NCBI GenBank assembly: GCA_033442325.1
Contig: JAWQFM010000005.1
Location: 1 to 64,000, forward strand
Reading direction: 5' to 3'
DNA: 64,000 nt
Source: Salpingoeca rosetta
Lineage: Eukaryota > Protista > Choanoflagellata
Shown: positions 12,501-34,341 of the stretch, in pieces
How positions within the stretch are numbered: the stretch's first letter is position 1
Layout of the letters: the number at the start of each line of letters is the position of its first letter
Position numbers and translations under genes: made by a program
The notes under the pieces: model-generated
Databases searched by the model: none
Told to the model about the DNA's origin: nothing
Seen by the model: only the letters and a program-made list of their open reading frames with translations

Positions 12501-15500
12501 TGGGAAAGGCGGAAGGGAAATCGGTTGGGGAAACCCGCACAACGTCCGCCTGCAGCCACGCACACACGCACACACACATTGAGTTGTGTGATTGATTCAT
12601 GTGAGACACACGTCAGTGCAACCACCCCACAGCCAATGTCTGCTCTGGTGTGCTAGCATGCATGTGTAGATGCGTGTACGTGCGTGCGTATGTGCGTGTG
12701 AATGTGTACTACCACCCCATCACACACACACACACACACAGAGCCAACGTCTCACCTTGTGCCTTCTTCTCTCGCACAATTGTGTGTGCGTGTATCGCCC
12801 TGCTCGTGTCATGAGGGCTTGGGAAGAGATCGGCCACCGTCCTGTGCAAATCACACACATGTACACACGCGCAAGCACAAAGAACCAAATCAGCAAGAAT
12901 GACACCACGCAGTGAGCCAGCATGGCAGAAACAAACCACATCCACCTCGTTTGCCACATTCACATCACCCACATCACCACCCGTGCACGCACATGTCACA
13001 TCCCACCACAGACACCACCGCCACCACCGCCACAAGCAGCACACCTGCACATGCGTGTGCGTGCGCCGTGTACATGCACCACAAACCACTCACCACCAGC
13101 AGCAGCAGCGTCGTCGCGCGAGGCGACGGCACATCGACGCACATCACACCCTGTACGTGTGCGTGTGAAGAAAGAGGTGAGTTGTCACAGAATCAGGCTG
13201 TCAACGACAACAACACCCGTTGCCAGCACCAGCAGACCCAATGACATCCAACCAACACATCACAATCAATCACGCACATGTACATGCTGATGCTCACACC
13301 CAACACATCACACACACCAACCACATCACCTCAACCCCCACCCATTCATCTCACCTCCACATCCATGGCCGCAGCCGCTGCTGTTGGCGACCAATGACGA
13401 CGAGGACGAGGGGGAGGTGGACATGAACGAGAGGCAGAGGGCCAGTTCATCCACAATGCAGCCAGACATCGGCTGTTGCTGCTGTTGTTGCTGCTGGTGG
13501 AAAAGGTGAAAACAAACGGCCCCTTGCCACGCCGTGTCCTTTGCTCGCTCGCTCGGCTGCTTGGTTGGTCGGTTGGATGGAAGCGGGATGCATGGCCCTG
13601 TGTCACAATCAAGCGCAAAAAGGGGGAGAGGAAGAAAAGACGCATGAGTGGACAGAACAGACAAGGAAAGTGGGAGGAGAAGGAGGAAACACAACATTTC
13701 AACCAACGCACACACACGCACACACATCTCAGTCGCCCTCTCACCTTCATCACTCGTCATCGTCATCATCGTTGTTGGTTCCACCGCTTCATGCGCCTCC
13801 TCAACGCTGTCAAACGTGTGTGCACAGACACAAGATGGGAGAGAATGCAGGGGGTGAGGTTGACAGCGAAGCATGATCAATCACACGCAAGCCCCATCAA
13901 ACCACCCGCATTGACACACATCCACGCACACATGTTGTCCCCGCTCACCACCATGCACCCGCACAAGCACGCACATTGCTCACCTCTTCATCAGAGCGAC
14001 TGACATGTGCAATGTCTGCCTCACGCCAGATTGGAGCTGGTGTCGGCCCGCGTGTGATGTCGGCTGTGCGGTCGATGGTGATGGTGACTGAGGAGCTGAG
14101 GTGGAAGAGCGAGAAAGGAGAAAGAAATGGGGAAGGTTGATGATGATGATGGGTCGTTCATGGCGGCTTCCTTCCCCTCCTCTGATGTGGCCCTGGTGCG
14201 CATGCAACCAACACACAACGACAAGACACAACGACATGATCACACACGAGGTACAGGCATGGCATGTGAGCACAGCAGACGCGTTCACCTTCCTATTCCC
14301 TCCTCTGCTTCCCTCCCCCCGCTCCACCATAACCACACACACACACACACACACACACACCTGCACATAGCTGCGTCGCTGTGGTTGGATGTGCCCACCA
14401 TGACCATGGACGTGTGTGTCCACAGCTGCTCCTCCCAATCCATCATGTGTGTACCCGCCCATCATCCTCCAACGATACTCACGCAATCGCCCCCCTGCAG
14501 CCACATACACACACACACACACACTTTGCATGTGAGCGGCGCAGCTACACTGCTACATGAGGCATAGCAGCAGCAACAACAGCAAACACCCACAGCAGCA
14601 ACAACACCAACACATGCACCATGTGCCAACCAAAGCATGCATTATGGGCTCACCTTGCTCACATGTGGGAACGCTGCATGAGCACAACAGCGGCAGCCGA
14701 ATCGGGGAAGTTGCAGCAGCAGCCGCCGGCATGCTAGCCCACATCCATCAACATCCTGATGTGTGCTGGTACCTCAGCACCTGTGCATGTGCGTGGTTGC
14801 AGGGAACGTGGATGGGAACAGAACACAACAGGCAGACAGCAAGCCATCACGTCAGCACAGCAGAAGAAGTGAGTGACATCACACGCAACACGTGTGCGCG
14901 TGTGTGTGTGTGTGCGTGTGTGATCATCATCCCCCATCAACCCTCTTCCACTTGTTCGCTTCACCGCACCCCATCACCGCCACATCGCAGCACACAACCA
15001 ACAACCACTCATCACCACGCACATACCATGTGTGAAGCGGGTGCAGCTGGCACGCGTGGCAAGTAGCCTCGACATTTCCCTCATCCTGCTGTCTGTGCGT
15101 GCGTATCACCTGTAAGTGTGTTTGCGTGCGAGCACCAGCATGGTGAGTGAGTGAGTGAGTGGGAGGGAAAGAGGGAGTATGAATATGTGCGCAGCTACAC
15201 CGCTGCTGCCACTGCTGCTGCTGTGCATGCATGTGAAGAAGAAAGGGAAGAGAGAGAAAACAGAAAACAAAAGGGAAGGAACAAGACATGCGGCACCCCA
15301 TCCATCCATCCATCCCTCTTCCTCACACCACCACCATCATCCCCTGTCACCAGCCACACCGCACCACACCACACTCACCCAGCATCCCCCACCCCACCCC
15401 ACCCCATCCATCCATCCATCCATCAACATACATCTCCTCTCCGTTTCCCCTCTTCTCGCCCTCACCTCTGCTGCTGCTTCGAGCCGAAAATGCAACTTGT

Positions 15501-16290
15501 GCTGTCGCCACCTGTTCCCAGCAGCAGGCAGCCAGCTTCTGCAAGCAGCAGCGGGCGATGGGTTGGTTGGTTGGGGAATGTGTTCAGCTGCAAGTGATGC
15601 TGGTGGTGGTGGTGCATTCTCTGCTGCTGCTGCATCGGCGGTGGAGGGTGTGTTGGCTGCTGCTGCTGCTGTTGTTGTTGTGATAGCCGTCAGGGAGGGC
15701 GAGAAAGAGAGGGGAATATAAGCAGCAGCTGCAAGGTGAAGAATGTGCAGGTGTGCAAGCAGTTGTGTGTGAGAACGACGAATGAGACAGCGCATCAAGC
15801 AAGGCAAAACAGGCAGCCGCACGACACACATGCACACATTGATGTGGGACAACAAGGGGAGACAGGAACAGCAGAGACAGCGACCACAAAACACGCACGC
15901 TGCCGCTGTGCACATCACACATATACGTGCAGTGATGCACTCACGTTGCTCATGGCTTGCTTGTGGTGTGGTGTGAGTTGCTGCTGCTGTTTCCACAGCC
16001 GCACAGGCGTGGCTGGATGGTCATCACATGGCAGCGCCCGTCTGTTCATCCCACCAGAGCAGTGGTGGTTGGTGGAGGGAGGTGGGTGACAGCTGCTGGC
16101 TCAAGGGCCCTGTTGTGTGGCGACAGCAGAAAGAAGGAAGGGGAAACGAGCAAGTGTGGAGGGTGGTGGTGATGGTGGTGGTGAGGATGGGAAGGGAAGG
16201 ATGTGAGCAAAGACACAAGAAAATGAGGTGGTGGTGATGATGGCGTGTTGGTGGGTGGAGAAGAGAACAGGCACGTCGACACACACACAC

Positions 16291-16336
<46 letters not shown>

Positions 16337-16605
16337 CTGTCTGGGTACAGCAGTGGTTCGATTACCAATCGTCTGTCAGCACGCAGTCATTTGTTGGTTG
16401 GTTGGTGGGAGTTGCCCACTGCCTCGCGCATCAGCCAGCACCTGCTGCTGCTGCTGCTGCTGATGATGATGATGATGGAATGCATCCATCTGCACGCACC
16501 ACCACAAACAAGCAAGCAACAACGGCAGCAGTGAGCAGCGTGTGTCACAGACAAAACGAGGAAAGAGAGGAAGGGGAGGAGGAGGAGAAGAAACACAACC
16601 CCGTG

Positions 16606-16650
<45 letters not shown>

Positions 16651-16793
16651 TGGCTGTGATGTTGGTTGATGTCATCCCCCCTCTCTCACATGTGTGTGCT
16701 GCTCACTGGTTGAGAGGCTGCATGATCCATTCTCAGGGTCGCCGCTGCATGACGGTGGTTGATGGCAGTTGTTCTGTCACCACACAACGGTGA

Positions 16794-16861
<68 letters not shown>

Positions 16862-17609
16862 CTGTGTGTGCACGATGACAGCGTGAACTGTGGTGTTGTT
16901 GTTGTTGATGGGGGTGGTTGTTTGCTTCTGTGCGCAGTGTGCAAGGGGAAGAAGGGGAAGAGGAGGAGAACGGAGTGGAGGAGGAAGAAGTGAGAGCACT
17001 CCATCTCACCCTCACCTGTCGATGGATGGGTCATTCATGTGGTCGGTGGTTGGTTGGTTGGTTGGTGTGTGTGTGTGTGCATCACAGGAGAAGGAAATGG
17101 ACAACGATGGACGGATGGAAGGGAGGATGGATGGATGGAAGGGAGAAGGGGGGAGAGACTCCCTGTGCATGTGTGTGTGTGTGTGTGCGTGTGTGAATGC
17201 GTCAGCGAGGACGACGATGGGAAGAAAGGAAGGGAAGAAGGAAGGAACGTGGCACGCACAACCACTAATGTGTGTGTGTGCACGAACCAATGACACATCC
17301 CCACCTCACCTCACCTCACCTCACCTCACCTCACTTCATTCCACCCCACCTGCCTGTCAGCGATGACGACGACCATGATCACCATCACCATTCCCACCAC
17401 CATCACCATCACACACACATGGGGCTGCTGCGCAGAAGAAGAATGAAGTAACGGCGAGTGGATTGGTTGGTTGGTTGGTTGGAAAGCAGAATCGGTAGCA
17501 GAAACGAGCAGAAACGAGCAAACAACCGGTTTTTTGGTGTGTGTGCGATTTTCCTCTTCCTCTTCTTGCTGGCTCTGCCTTGATAAATTGCTTGTCTTGC
17601 TGTACTGTC

Positions 17610-17728
17610 GGCAACGTTCAAACCAACGGGATCACGCCCGCTCTCGTCCGATCGCGGAAGCTAAGCCCGTTTGGGCCCGTTCAGTACTGCCGTGGGTGAC
17701 CAGGCGGGAATCACGGGTGATGTTGCTC
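17610..17728 (+). rRNA. 5S rRNA: 5S ribosomal RNA gene (single copy)
   Basis: GGCAACGTTCAAACCAACGGGATCACGCCCGCTCTCGTCCGATCGCGGAAGCTAAGCCCGTTTGGGCCCGTTCAGTACTGCCGTGGGTGACCAGGCGGGAATCACGGGTGATGTTGCT is colinear with eukaryotic 5S. Helices pair: GGCAAC/GTTGCT, CCAACGGG/CCCGTTTGG, CCGC/GCGG, GCCCGT/ACGGGT, CTGCCGTGG-GTGA-CCAGGCGG. Box A AGCTAAGC and loop E AGTA/GAA are present. Confidence 0.96.
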
Positions 17729-17738
17729 TCTTCTCTTC

Positions 17739-17751
17739 TTTTTTTTTTTTT
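17739..17751 (+). terminator. RNA polymerase III oligo(dT) terminator of the 5S gene
   Basis: T13 run about 10 nt downstream of the 5S 3' end. Confidence 0.8.
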
Positions 17752-18375
17752 GGCGTGCTGTGTTGCTGTGGTTGCTGTTGCTGTGTTGCTGCTGTGGTGC
17801 TGGCTTGGTTCGGTTTACTTCTTGATCTTCTTCTTTGCTTGCTGGCTTGCTTGCTTCGACTTGGCGATGAAGAGGTGGTGGCGCGCGTTGGCTCATCTCC
17901 CCCTCTCTCTTGTTTCTCTCTTGTTGCTTGTCTTTTGCGTTGCTTTGCTTCACACACTCTCTCACTGCCTGGCTGACATCGTGTCATCTCGACGCGTTTA
18001 CTTCCATGTACTGACGCAGAGGAACCACACACAGGTGGGCTGAACTATCGAACTAGTGACAAAGCTGATCTTGGTTACGCTGTTAGACATCTTCGTCCTC
18101 TCCTCATCCTCCTCCTCATCATCATCGTCACACGCAAACACATCACATGGGTGCATTATCCTTGGCCGCCTTTCGTCGGTGGGCGGGGGTGTTGCACCAT
18201 ACAGACTCCTGCATCACATCGTGTGGCGTGTCATTGGGCGTGTTGTACGCCAGCCCTTCCACTTGCATCTTCCCCCTGCGAGCATTTGCGTGTGTGTGTG
18301 CGCATGAAGGTGTTGGTGATGGCAGCGAGGTGTTGTGAGGTGACCGCGCTGATTCGCACCCCTGCGCACGATCCC

Positions 18376-18429
<54 letters not shown>

Positions 18430-18430
<1 letters not shown>

Positions 18431-19276
18431 ACCTGCCAGGCGTTGTCGCCGCTGAACAGGTTGATCCCTGGGCAGACTCCAGCAGCTGACAGTAAGCACA
18501 TACCACATTCATGACACACGAGTGGGCAGATGGTGAGAGTGGGTGAATGGACACGAGAACAAGCGAGCTACGCACACACCCACAAAACTCGCCACACTCA
18601 CTCCAGAACTCCTGTCCCAATGACTCACTCCCTCACCTGTGTGCACTTGGGTGGAGAGGGCTTGAAGAACTCCTCCTAACACAAACACAACGCGTCTCTG
18701 CATCATCTCCACCACCTTCATCAGGGATTGACCGCAGATTCCTTCGGAAGCTGAANNNNNNNNNNNNNNNNNNNNNNNNNNNNNNNNNNNNNNNNNNNNN
18801 NNNNNNNNNNNNNNNNNNNNNNNNNNNNNNNNNNNNNNNNNNNNNNNNNNNNNNNNNNNNNNNNNNNNNNNNNNNNNNNNNNNNNNNNNNNNNNNNNNNN
18901 NNNCACGCATCACTTCAACATGCCCCATATCACCGATCTGTCCCACCTCGAGGAGCCTGGTGCTCGGGAATGCGAATATTGAACGTCTCCCAGTCCAGCA
19001 GGTCCTGGTAGGGCTGCAAGCGCGCAAAATCAAACGCCATAACATCACATCGCAGCACCATGAGCGACAGGAGGGGTACACACACGCACACACACACACA
19101 CACACACACTCACACACACACACACACACGAATTGTCATTCATCCATACGCACCAGCACGTAGTGATCGACGACAATGACGGGGATGGCGCCCGCAGCCA
19201 TGATCTATGAGGCATGAAAAGGGGTGGCAGGAGATGGAAGGTAGGTAAGACCACAAACAGGACTGACATCGTCTGC

Positions 19277-19313
<37 letters not shown>

Positions 19314-20075
19314 ACACACACACCTGAAGGAGTGGTAGCCAAATCCTTCCACGATGAGCCCAAACTTGGTCTCCAGCGCCAGATCCGTGTACGTGTACTT
19401 GTTGAACTCTTTCTCTGCCTGCTTGCACGAGGGGTCATATCCAGCCTTCCCCCTCACGGCCCATTCGCTCCTCGCCAAACCACCGGCACGCGCACACCAA
19501 CACAATGTCCCTGCGCATACACGAGCGATGTGTATGTGTGAGTGAGAGAGGTGGATCCAGACAGATACACACACAGCACCAACGCCAGCTGACTCCGAGG
19601 CAACGCACGACACACACACGGAACACACGATAACACACAACACTCGCACGCGCAGCACGACACACCTGCCGTTGTGCAGCTTGAGGAGGTGGTTGCGCAT
19701 GGCATCAAGAACGAGCAGACTTGGTGGTGCTGCTGCACAACAGGGAAAGAAGACACATGTCAAGCAGCGGCACCACAACAGGTTTGGAGTGAGGTTGCAG
19801 CGGCTACAAGAAGGGCGAGGGGTGGTGCAATGAGCGACACCAACCCCTCAAAACCCAGCAGCAGCAGCAGCAGTGAATATCGAACCCCACATCGCACCAC
19901 GTCACAACACACACGCATGCATGCACAGACCTGAAGGTGACGAGGTATTTCCTGTTTGTGCGGGCGGGACGCGTCACTGCTCCGATGTGAATGAATGAAT
20001 GTCACCATGGAGAAGAGTGGCATGGGCACATCGAGGCCGTCACGGTGGTGGAATTCACTGAGGTGGTGTGATGAG
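18430..20075 (-). pseudogene. Exostosin (EXT/GT47) glycosyltransferase, 5'-truncated and frameshifted
   Basis: Minus-strand pieces in EXT order: HRDGLDVPMPLFS, RKYLVTFR, DAMRNHLLKLHNG/RDIVLVCAC, CKQAEKEFNKYTYTDLALETKFGLIVEGFGYHSFR, IMAAGAIPVIVVDHYVL, PYQDLLDWETFNIRIPEHQ. Frame breaks near 19990, 19707, 19450 and 18955. Confidence 0.8.
18756..18903. other. Assembly gap (148 N)
   Basis: N run. Confidence 0.99.
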
Positions 20076-20194
20076 ATGGAACACACAGGATTGGTGAAGC
20101 GTGTAAGCATCAGCAGTCGCACATGGTGCGTGCCAACCCCCTATGCACTTCTGTTCCAACACATGCACACACACACATACACACACCAACCTGT

Positions 20195-20730
20195 GTCAGC
20201 ACCGTGGATTGACGAGGAGGAGGTGATGGACGAGCCAGGGCGTGCCACACAGCAAGCCGTTGCCGGCCAACACACAACACCATACCACTTCTGGAACGGA
20301 CAGGGTAGTTGAGTCCACCGCACTTGCAGCTGCATCGACTGAGGATGGATGGCGAGTTGCATGGAATGCCGTGGCAGGAAAAGGCCATTGTCCACAGCCA
20401 CGCCGCTGTTCCACTTGCATCCGCCGTGTAGCAGCTCACCAAGCGTGGTGTCTGTTGTGCTCGTGCTGCGATCAGTGGTCACACCCATAGAGGAGGGTTG
20501 TTGTGAGCCAGCACGCACACCGCCTGCAGTGCCCACATGGCTCAACCGGCTTGCAGACTGTTGATGATGGTAGTGTCATCCACTGCCGCTGTCACTGCTG
20601 CTGTCACTGCTGTTGCTGTTGTTGATGGGCTGATGATGAGCACAGGGGTGGTGGGAGTTGCATCACAGGGAGGGATGCCGTAGATGAGGCCGTTGCTGGC
20701 GACGACGCCACCAATCCCCAATCGCAAGTT
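20195..20730 (-). pseudogene. Decayed remnant of a (K)W-x-GGV-x-A-x-NG-x-IYGIP repeat (beta-propeller-like) protein
   Basis: Three degenerate units in different frames: GGVVASNGLIYGIP..PVLIISP, KWNSGVAVDNGLFLP, KWYG/VLAGNGLLCGTP..LLLVNP. Confidence 0.55.
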
Positions 20731-21137
20731 GCCACTGCCCTTGCTGAGTGCATCTTGGATGCTGTTGCCAGACGGTGGGCTGACTGACAGTGTTTGTGGC
20801 TGGTGTCACATGTATGCAAACGGGCCAAGAAGGAGACTTGTTTGTGGTTGTTCACTGCCTGCTGGCTGGCTTGCCGTGCACTTGTCGTGCTTTTGTCCCG
20901 GTCGCAAGCAGCACAGCAGTTGGTACCCCCCTTCCCTTTCGTTCCTCCACGCAGAGCACTGCTCCTTGTCAAGCCGTTCGCCCTGCGTGTGCGTGCATGT
21001 GCATGCTTGTGCGTGCCTGTGCGTGTCTGTGCGTCTGCCTTCCATCACACAGCAGTGAACCCCTTTCAACAACAAAGCAGAAAGTGCTGACTCGGCACAA
21101 TTCTGTTTGTGTTTGTGTTTTGTGGAAGAAGACAAGA

Positions 21138-25284
<4,147 letters not shown>

Positions 25285-25653
25285 GTGTCATTTGGTGTCG
25301 ACACTTTCACACGCGCACAACTCAAAACACACACACACACACAACTCAAAACACACACGCCCACACACACATTCGTTCCACGCCACCTTCCATGCGATCT
25401 TTTCCCACTGCACATTCATTGCTTGCGTTGCTGCTGAGTTACTCCTTTATTTTCTCTGCGTGTGTTACTTCCCACTCAAGCAGCGGCAACTTAAGAAAAT
25501 CACACGAACAAAACTCAAATGTGGTGAATGTCTGCACCACGAAAGAAACAAGCAATCACAATCACAATTCATCTCACAATCTGACGATTGGATGTGGAAG
25601 CGTGTGACCATCATGGTTGCTTGGCGTCGCGTTGTGCGCGCGTGTGTTCGCGA

Positions 25654-30316
<4,663 letters not shown>

Positions 30317-30510
30317 ATCCACTGGTTGCACGAGTCTGTGTGTGAAAAACGGTCAAGGCAAAATTGCCTTTTTGAAAACAAAAATTCGAACCACACACGC
30401 ACAAAGGCAAAATTGACTTTGGAAAAAAAAAAACGGCAACGACGACCGCTGCACACCATTCAAACGACTGCACCGCAACACGACACGACCACCGAACAAG
30501 ACAACACACC
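30317..30510. promoter_or_regulatory. Putative bidirectional promoter between RCC1 and the CEP350-like gene
   Basis: 194 bp between divergent ATGs, AT-rich, with direct repeat GGCAAAATTG(C/A)CTTT at about 30357 and 30406. Confidence 0.6.
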
Positions 30511-33273
30511 ATGGCCGATGTGATCCACACGGGGCTCATGGTGCCCATGGTGCGCACCAACACCAGCACTTCTCCCCCACCAGTGCAGCCACCACCGCAA
30601 CCACAGATACAACAACAACAACAACAACAACAACAGCAGCACAACACTAGAGTGATGACCAAACCACGACACCGGGATGTGCGCAGTGGCGTGGAGGGAC
30701 TGCAGAGCCGCATCCCAGCCCCACGCGTGTTCGTGCGTGAGGGAGGGTCGACGCGAGCTGCTGCAGCTACATATCCCACTGCGTCCTCCTCAATGGCTGC
30801 CTCGACGGCTGCGCACATTCCGCCACGCGTCATGGCCAACGTGCGCCGAGAAGCTGCGGCCACCACCGACGACCACCCACCCGCAGTCACAGCCACAGCC
30901 AGCACCACAGTGCCTCCCTCATTAGCACAACGACTACATCAACAGCAACAACAGCAGCACCGGCCATCGCGAGTGCTGCCAGGCTCCAGCTCCGTGCGAT
31001 CCCGTGCCGGGCGACGAGCCAGCAAAGCACGGAAGGTGGCGGTGATACAACACTCGCCAAAGCCGAGTGACCCACGCCAGCGGTCGCGTCGCAGGACGGC
31101 CAGCCCACTCAACATGGAGGAGGATACACGCAAGGCTGCCAAGCGGGAACAGACGCGCAAGCAAACCCACGTGCCTGCACCCCAGGTCGCGCTACGCACG
31201 AGAAACTGCAATGAGGACCAGCTGCTGCACATGTCAAGCACGTTCAACCACCGTGACTACATCGTTCGGCGCCCGACGGCAACCAACGCGGACAGCACAG
31301 CCACGGAGCGCAAGGCCTTGGCGGCGGCTAATTACCAACCGCACGTGCGCCCAGCCTCGAAGTACACACGCGACCAAATCCAACACATCATGCGCGAACA
31401 GCGAAAACAGCGAGCTGTAAGCCTTGCGTTGCTGGTCTGTACTTGTAAATGCGCATGTGTATGTGTGTGTGTGTGCGCGTGCGTGCGTGTCTCTGCGTAT
31501 CATCTGAGTGCCATGGCAGTTGCAATCTCATGACTGTATTTATGCGTGCTTTGCTACTTTCCTGCAGGCCGAGCGAGCTGAGGCGCAACGTAAAGAGGAA
31601 GAAAAGCAACGCACCGTCCAGGTATCGCAACACACACTCACAAACACACACACACACACACACACTCACTCACACATAGGCTGTGCTGATGGCTAATATC
31701 TCGCATTGCACCCACTCACCACACAACGCGTTTGCGTGCGCAGGAGCGTCTTGCACAGCTCGACGCCGCACGACAGAAACTCGTGCATGCTGGTCCGTCG
31801 GCGCAGGCAGGCAAACACCGCAGAACACAGGTGCAACTGCATGCACGCATCATGCAAAATGAGGGGATGTGTGTGTGTGTGTGTGTGTTCTGTGTGTGTG
31901 TGTGCGCGCGTGTGTATTGCGTTGCACTTGAGCGCTTGACCGCTTGAACTGATACACACGCGCTCACTCGCTTGCTCACTTTGCACCCAACTTGCCCCCA
32001 CCCCTTCCAGCCATCGAAGAAGCTTGGTGAAGAGCGACCGTGGCGGCAACAGAGACCACGTGCTCAGCGCAGCAGCAGCCGTGAGCACTTGAGGATGAAG
32101 AAACAGCAGCAGCGAATGCAGCGCCAGCAGCAACAGGACGAGGAGGAGGGAGAGAAGCACCAGCAACAGAACGAGCAACAGGACGAGCGACGTGGTGTGG
32201 CGTCAACAGCTATGGCGAGGAGGGATGGTCCATCAGCACCTGGTGTGCGGGCACACCGACGCATTCAGGGGCAGCGCAGACACGAGGACCGACAACAACA
32301 GCGGCTGTTGGCGCGCGTGGATGAAATGATGGAGGAAGCGTCTGATGGTGATGAGGTGCCGATGAGCGAACACCAACCCCGTGCCGGTGACCTGCAGCCT
32401 GGACCAGCAACTGCTGCTTCGAACGATGCTGACGACGGTGACGGCCATGCACAACCACAACGGAGGGAAGACAGCGAGCAGCCCCGTGGGGTACGTCCAT
32501 CGTCATGACACACACACACACACATACACATACACGTCACATATGCACATACACGTACACACACATACACATACACGTGCACACATACACAGACACGTAC
32601 ATACATATACACGTACACAGACACGCATACACAGACACGTGCACACATATACACAGACACGTGCACAGACACACATACACAGACATACACGCACACATAT
32701 ACACAGACACACACCCACGAACACGCACACAGTCTGCGCTCACCCAAACACGTCTCTCCCTGTCTTCCGTCTGTACAGGCTGTGCTTGAGTCGATGCTGT
32801 CGCTGCTCCAGCGCGTGGAGGACGTGGAGAATCACAACATGTGGGCCGCATCCATCGCCACCGCCGAACAGCTGCTGTCATGTCTCGCACAGGACAGGAG
32901 GCAGCAGCGACACGTGCGCGCTAATGAAGATGATGACGATCATGATGGTGGTGGTGGTGATGATGACGATGGTGGTAATGCCACTCCATCAGCACCACGT
33001 GTTGAAGTGGTTCAGGCGAGCAACAGCAACGGTACGCCTAGCGACAGCGACCACGGCTTCAGTGATGCTGATGATGATGACGACAATAACGGGACAGCTG
33101 GCCCTGGCCTCGGGTTTGCTTCCGCTCAACCGCTGCCTGGCGTCGAAAGCGTGCGCGCTCTTGTCGCACGTCAACGCATGGAGGTGAGCTGTTCTTCTGT
33201 GCTGCTGGCGTCTCGTATTACATGTGGCCGCAACCCCATCTTCTTCTGTTTCCTAACCCCCAACCCCTCACAA

Positions 33274-33312
<39 letters not shown>

Positions 33313-34271
33313 TACACACCTCACCTTACGCGTCATCCAACCCCACCCACCCCCTCCGTGCAGCAACTTGCGTCCCGCCATGTTGCCCGGCGGCAACAGC
33401 AGCAGCAGCAGCAGAGCCACGCCTGGCGCGTCGATGCTCCACAACAGCAGAGCAGAGATCCGCAGTACCCGTGGCGGTATGACTCACCAGACACATCGTC
33501 TTCATCGTCGTCGTCGTCAGCATTGCATGCAATCGGTCGTGGTGGTGTTGACCGGTTGCTGGCGAGCGCATCAGGGGTGCACGGCGCCATCGCGGAACAC
33601 AGCACTGGCACTGACCGTGATAACAACAACGACGATGACAACTACGATGGTGGCGATGGTGACGGCCTACGCGGTTTGGATGAACCAATCCTGGACATTT
33701 TCTTCCGCAAACACCAACACCAACAGCGGCAGCAGGAGGTTGAGGGACAGCGAAGCACGAGAAAGACAACCGTCGTGACGCCACCAACACCGCCGTCATC
33801 AGCATCGCGTGCCGTGCTGGATGTGACTGCCCCTTACAACGTCCCAGCAGAGGACCAGGCAGCGGCAGCAGTTGCACCGCAAACCACGAGGAGCGATCGT
33901 CCACAGAAGGACGACACGGGCGTGCGTAGAGACGAGCAACAGCAGCAGCAACAACAACAACATCTTCAGGAAGAGGAGCTAGCAGTCGTGGCGGCAACAG
34001 CTTCGGAAGGCACTGTTGATACCGAAATGAGTGCTGCTGCTGATGAGGATGGTGGCGAAGGTGGTGACGTGAGCGAACGACACGATGTTGACGACCGTCA
34101 CGGTTCAGCTTCGACGCAGGTGGTGACTGAGCAGCAGCACTCACGTGACACTGCTGGTGAAGCGGAGGCTGAAAAGGGGGAAGACGGTGAAGAAAACGAA
34201 GCACAGATGGATGATTCGCTGTATGTGAGCGATGTACACGATGATGCAGCACATCCACCACCACCACCACC

Positions 34272-34341
<70 letters not shown>

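Noticed and set aside
17610-17751. 5S-derived SINE or pseudogene
   Set aside because: Full length, all helices pair, and the terminator follows directly with no SINE body or TSD.
18430-20075. Programmed frameshifting or RNA editing in the EXT-like gene
   Set aside because: Several unrelated indels without a shared slippery motif; decay or sequencing error is simpler.
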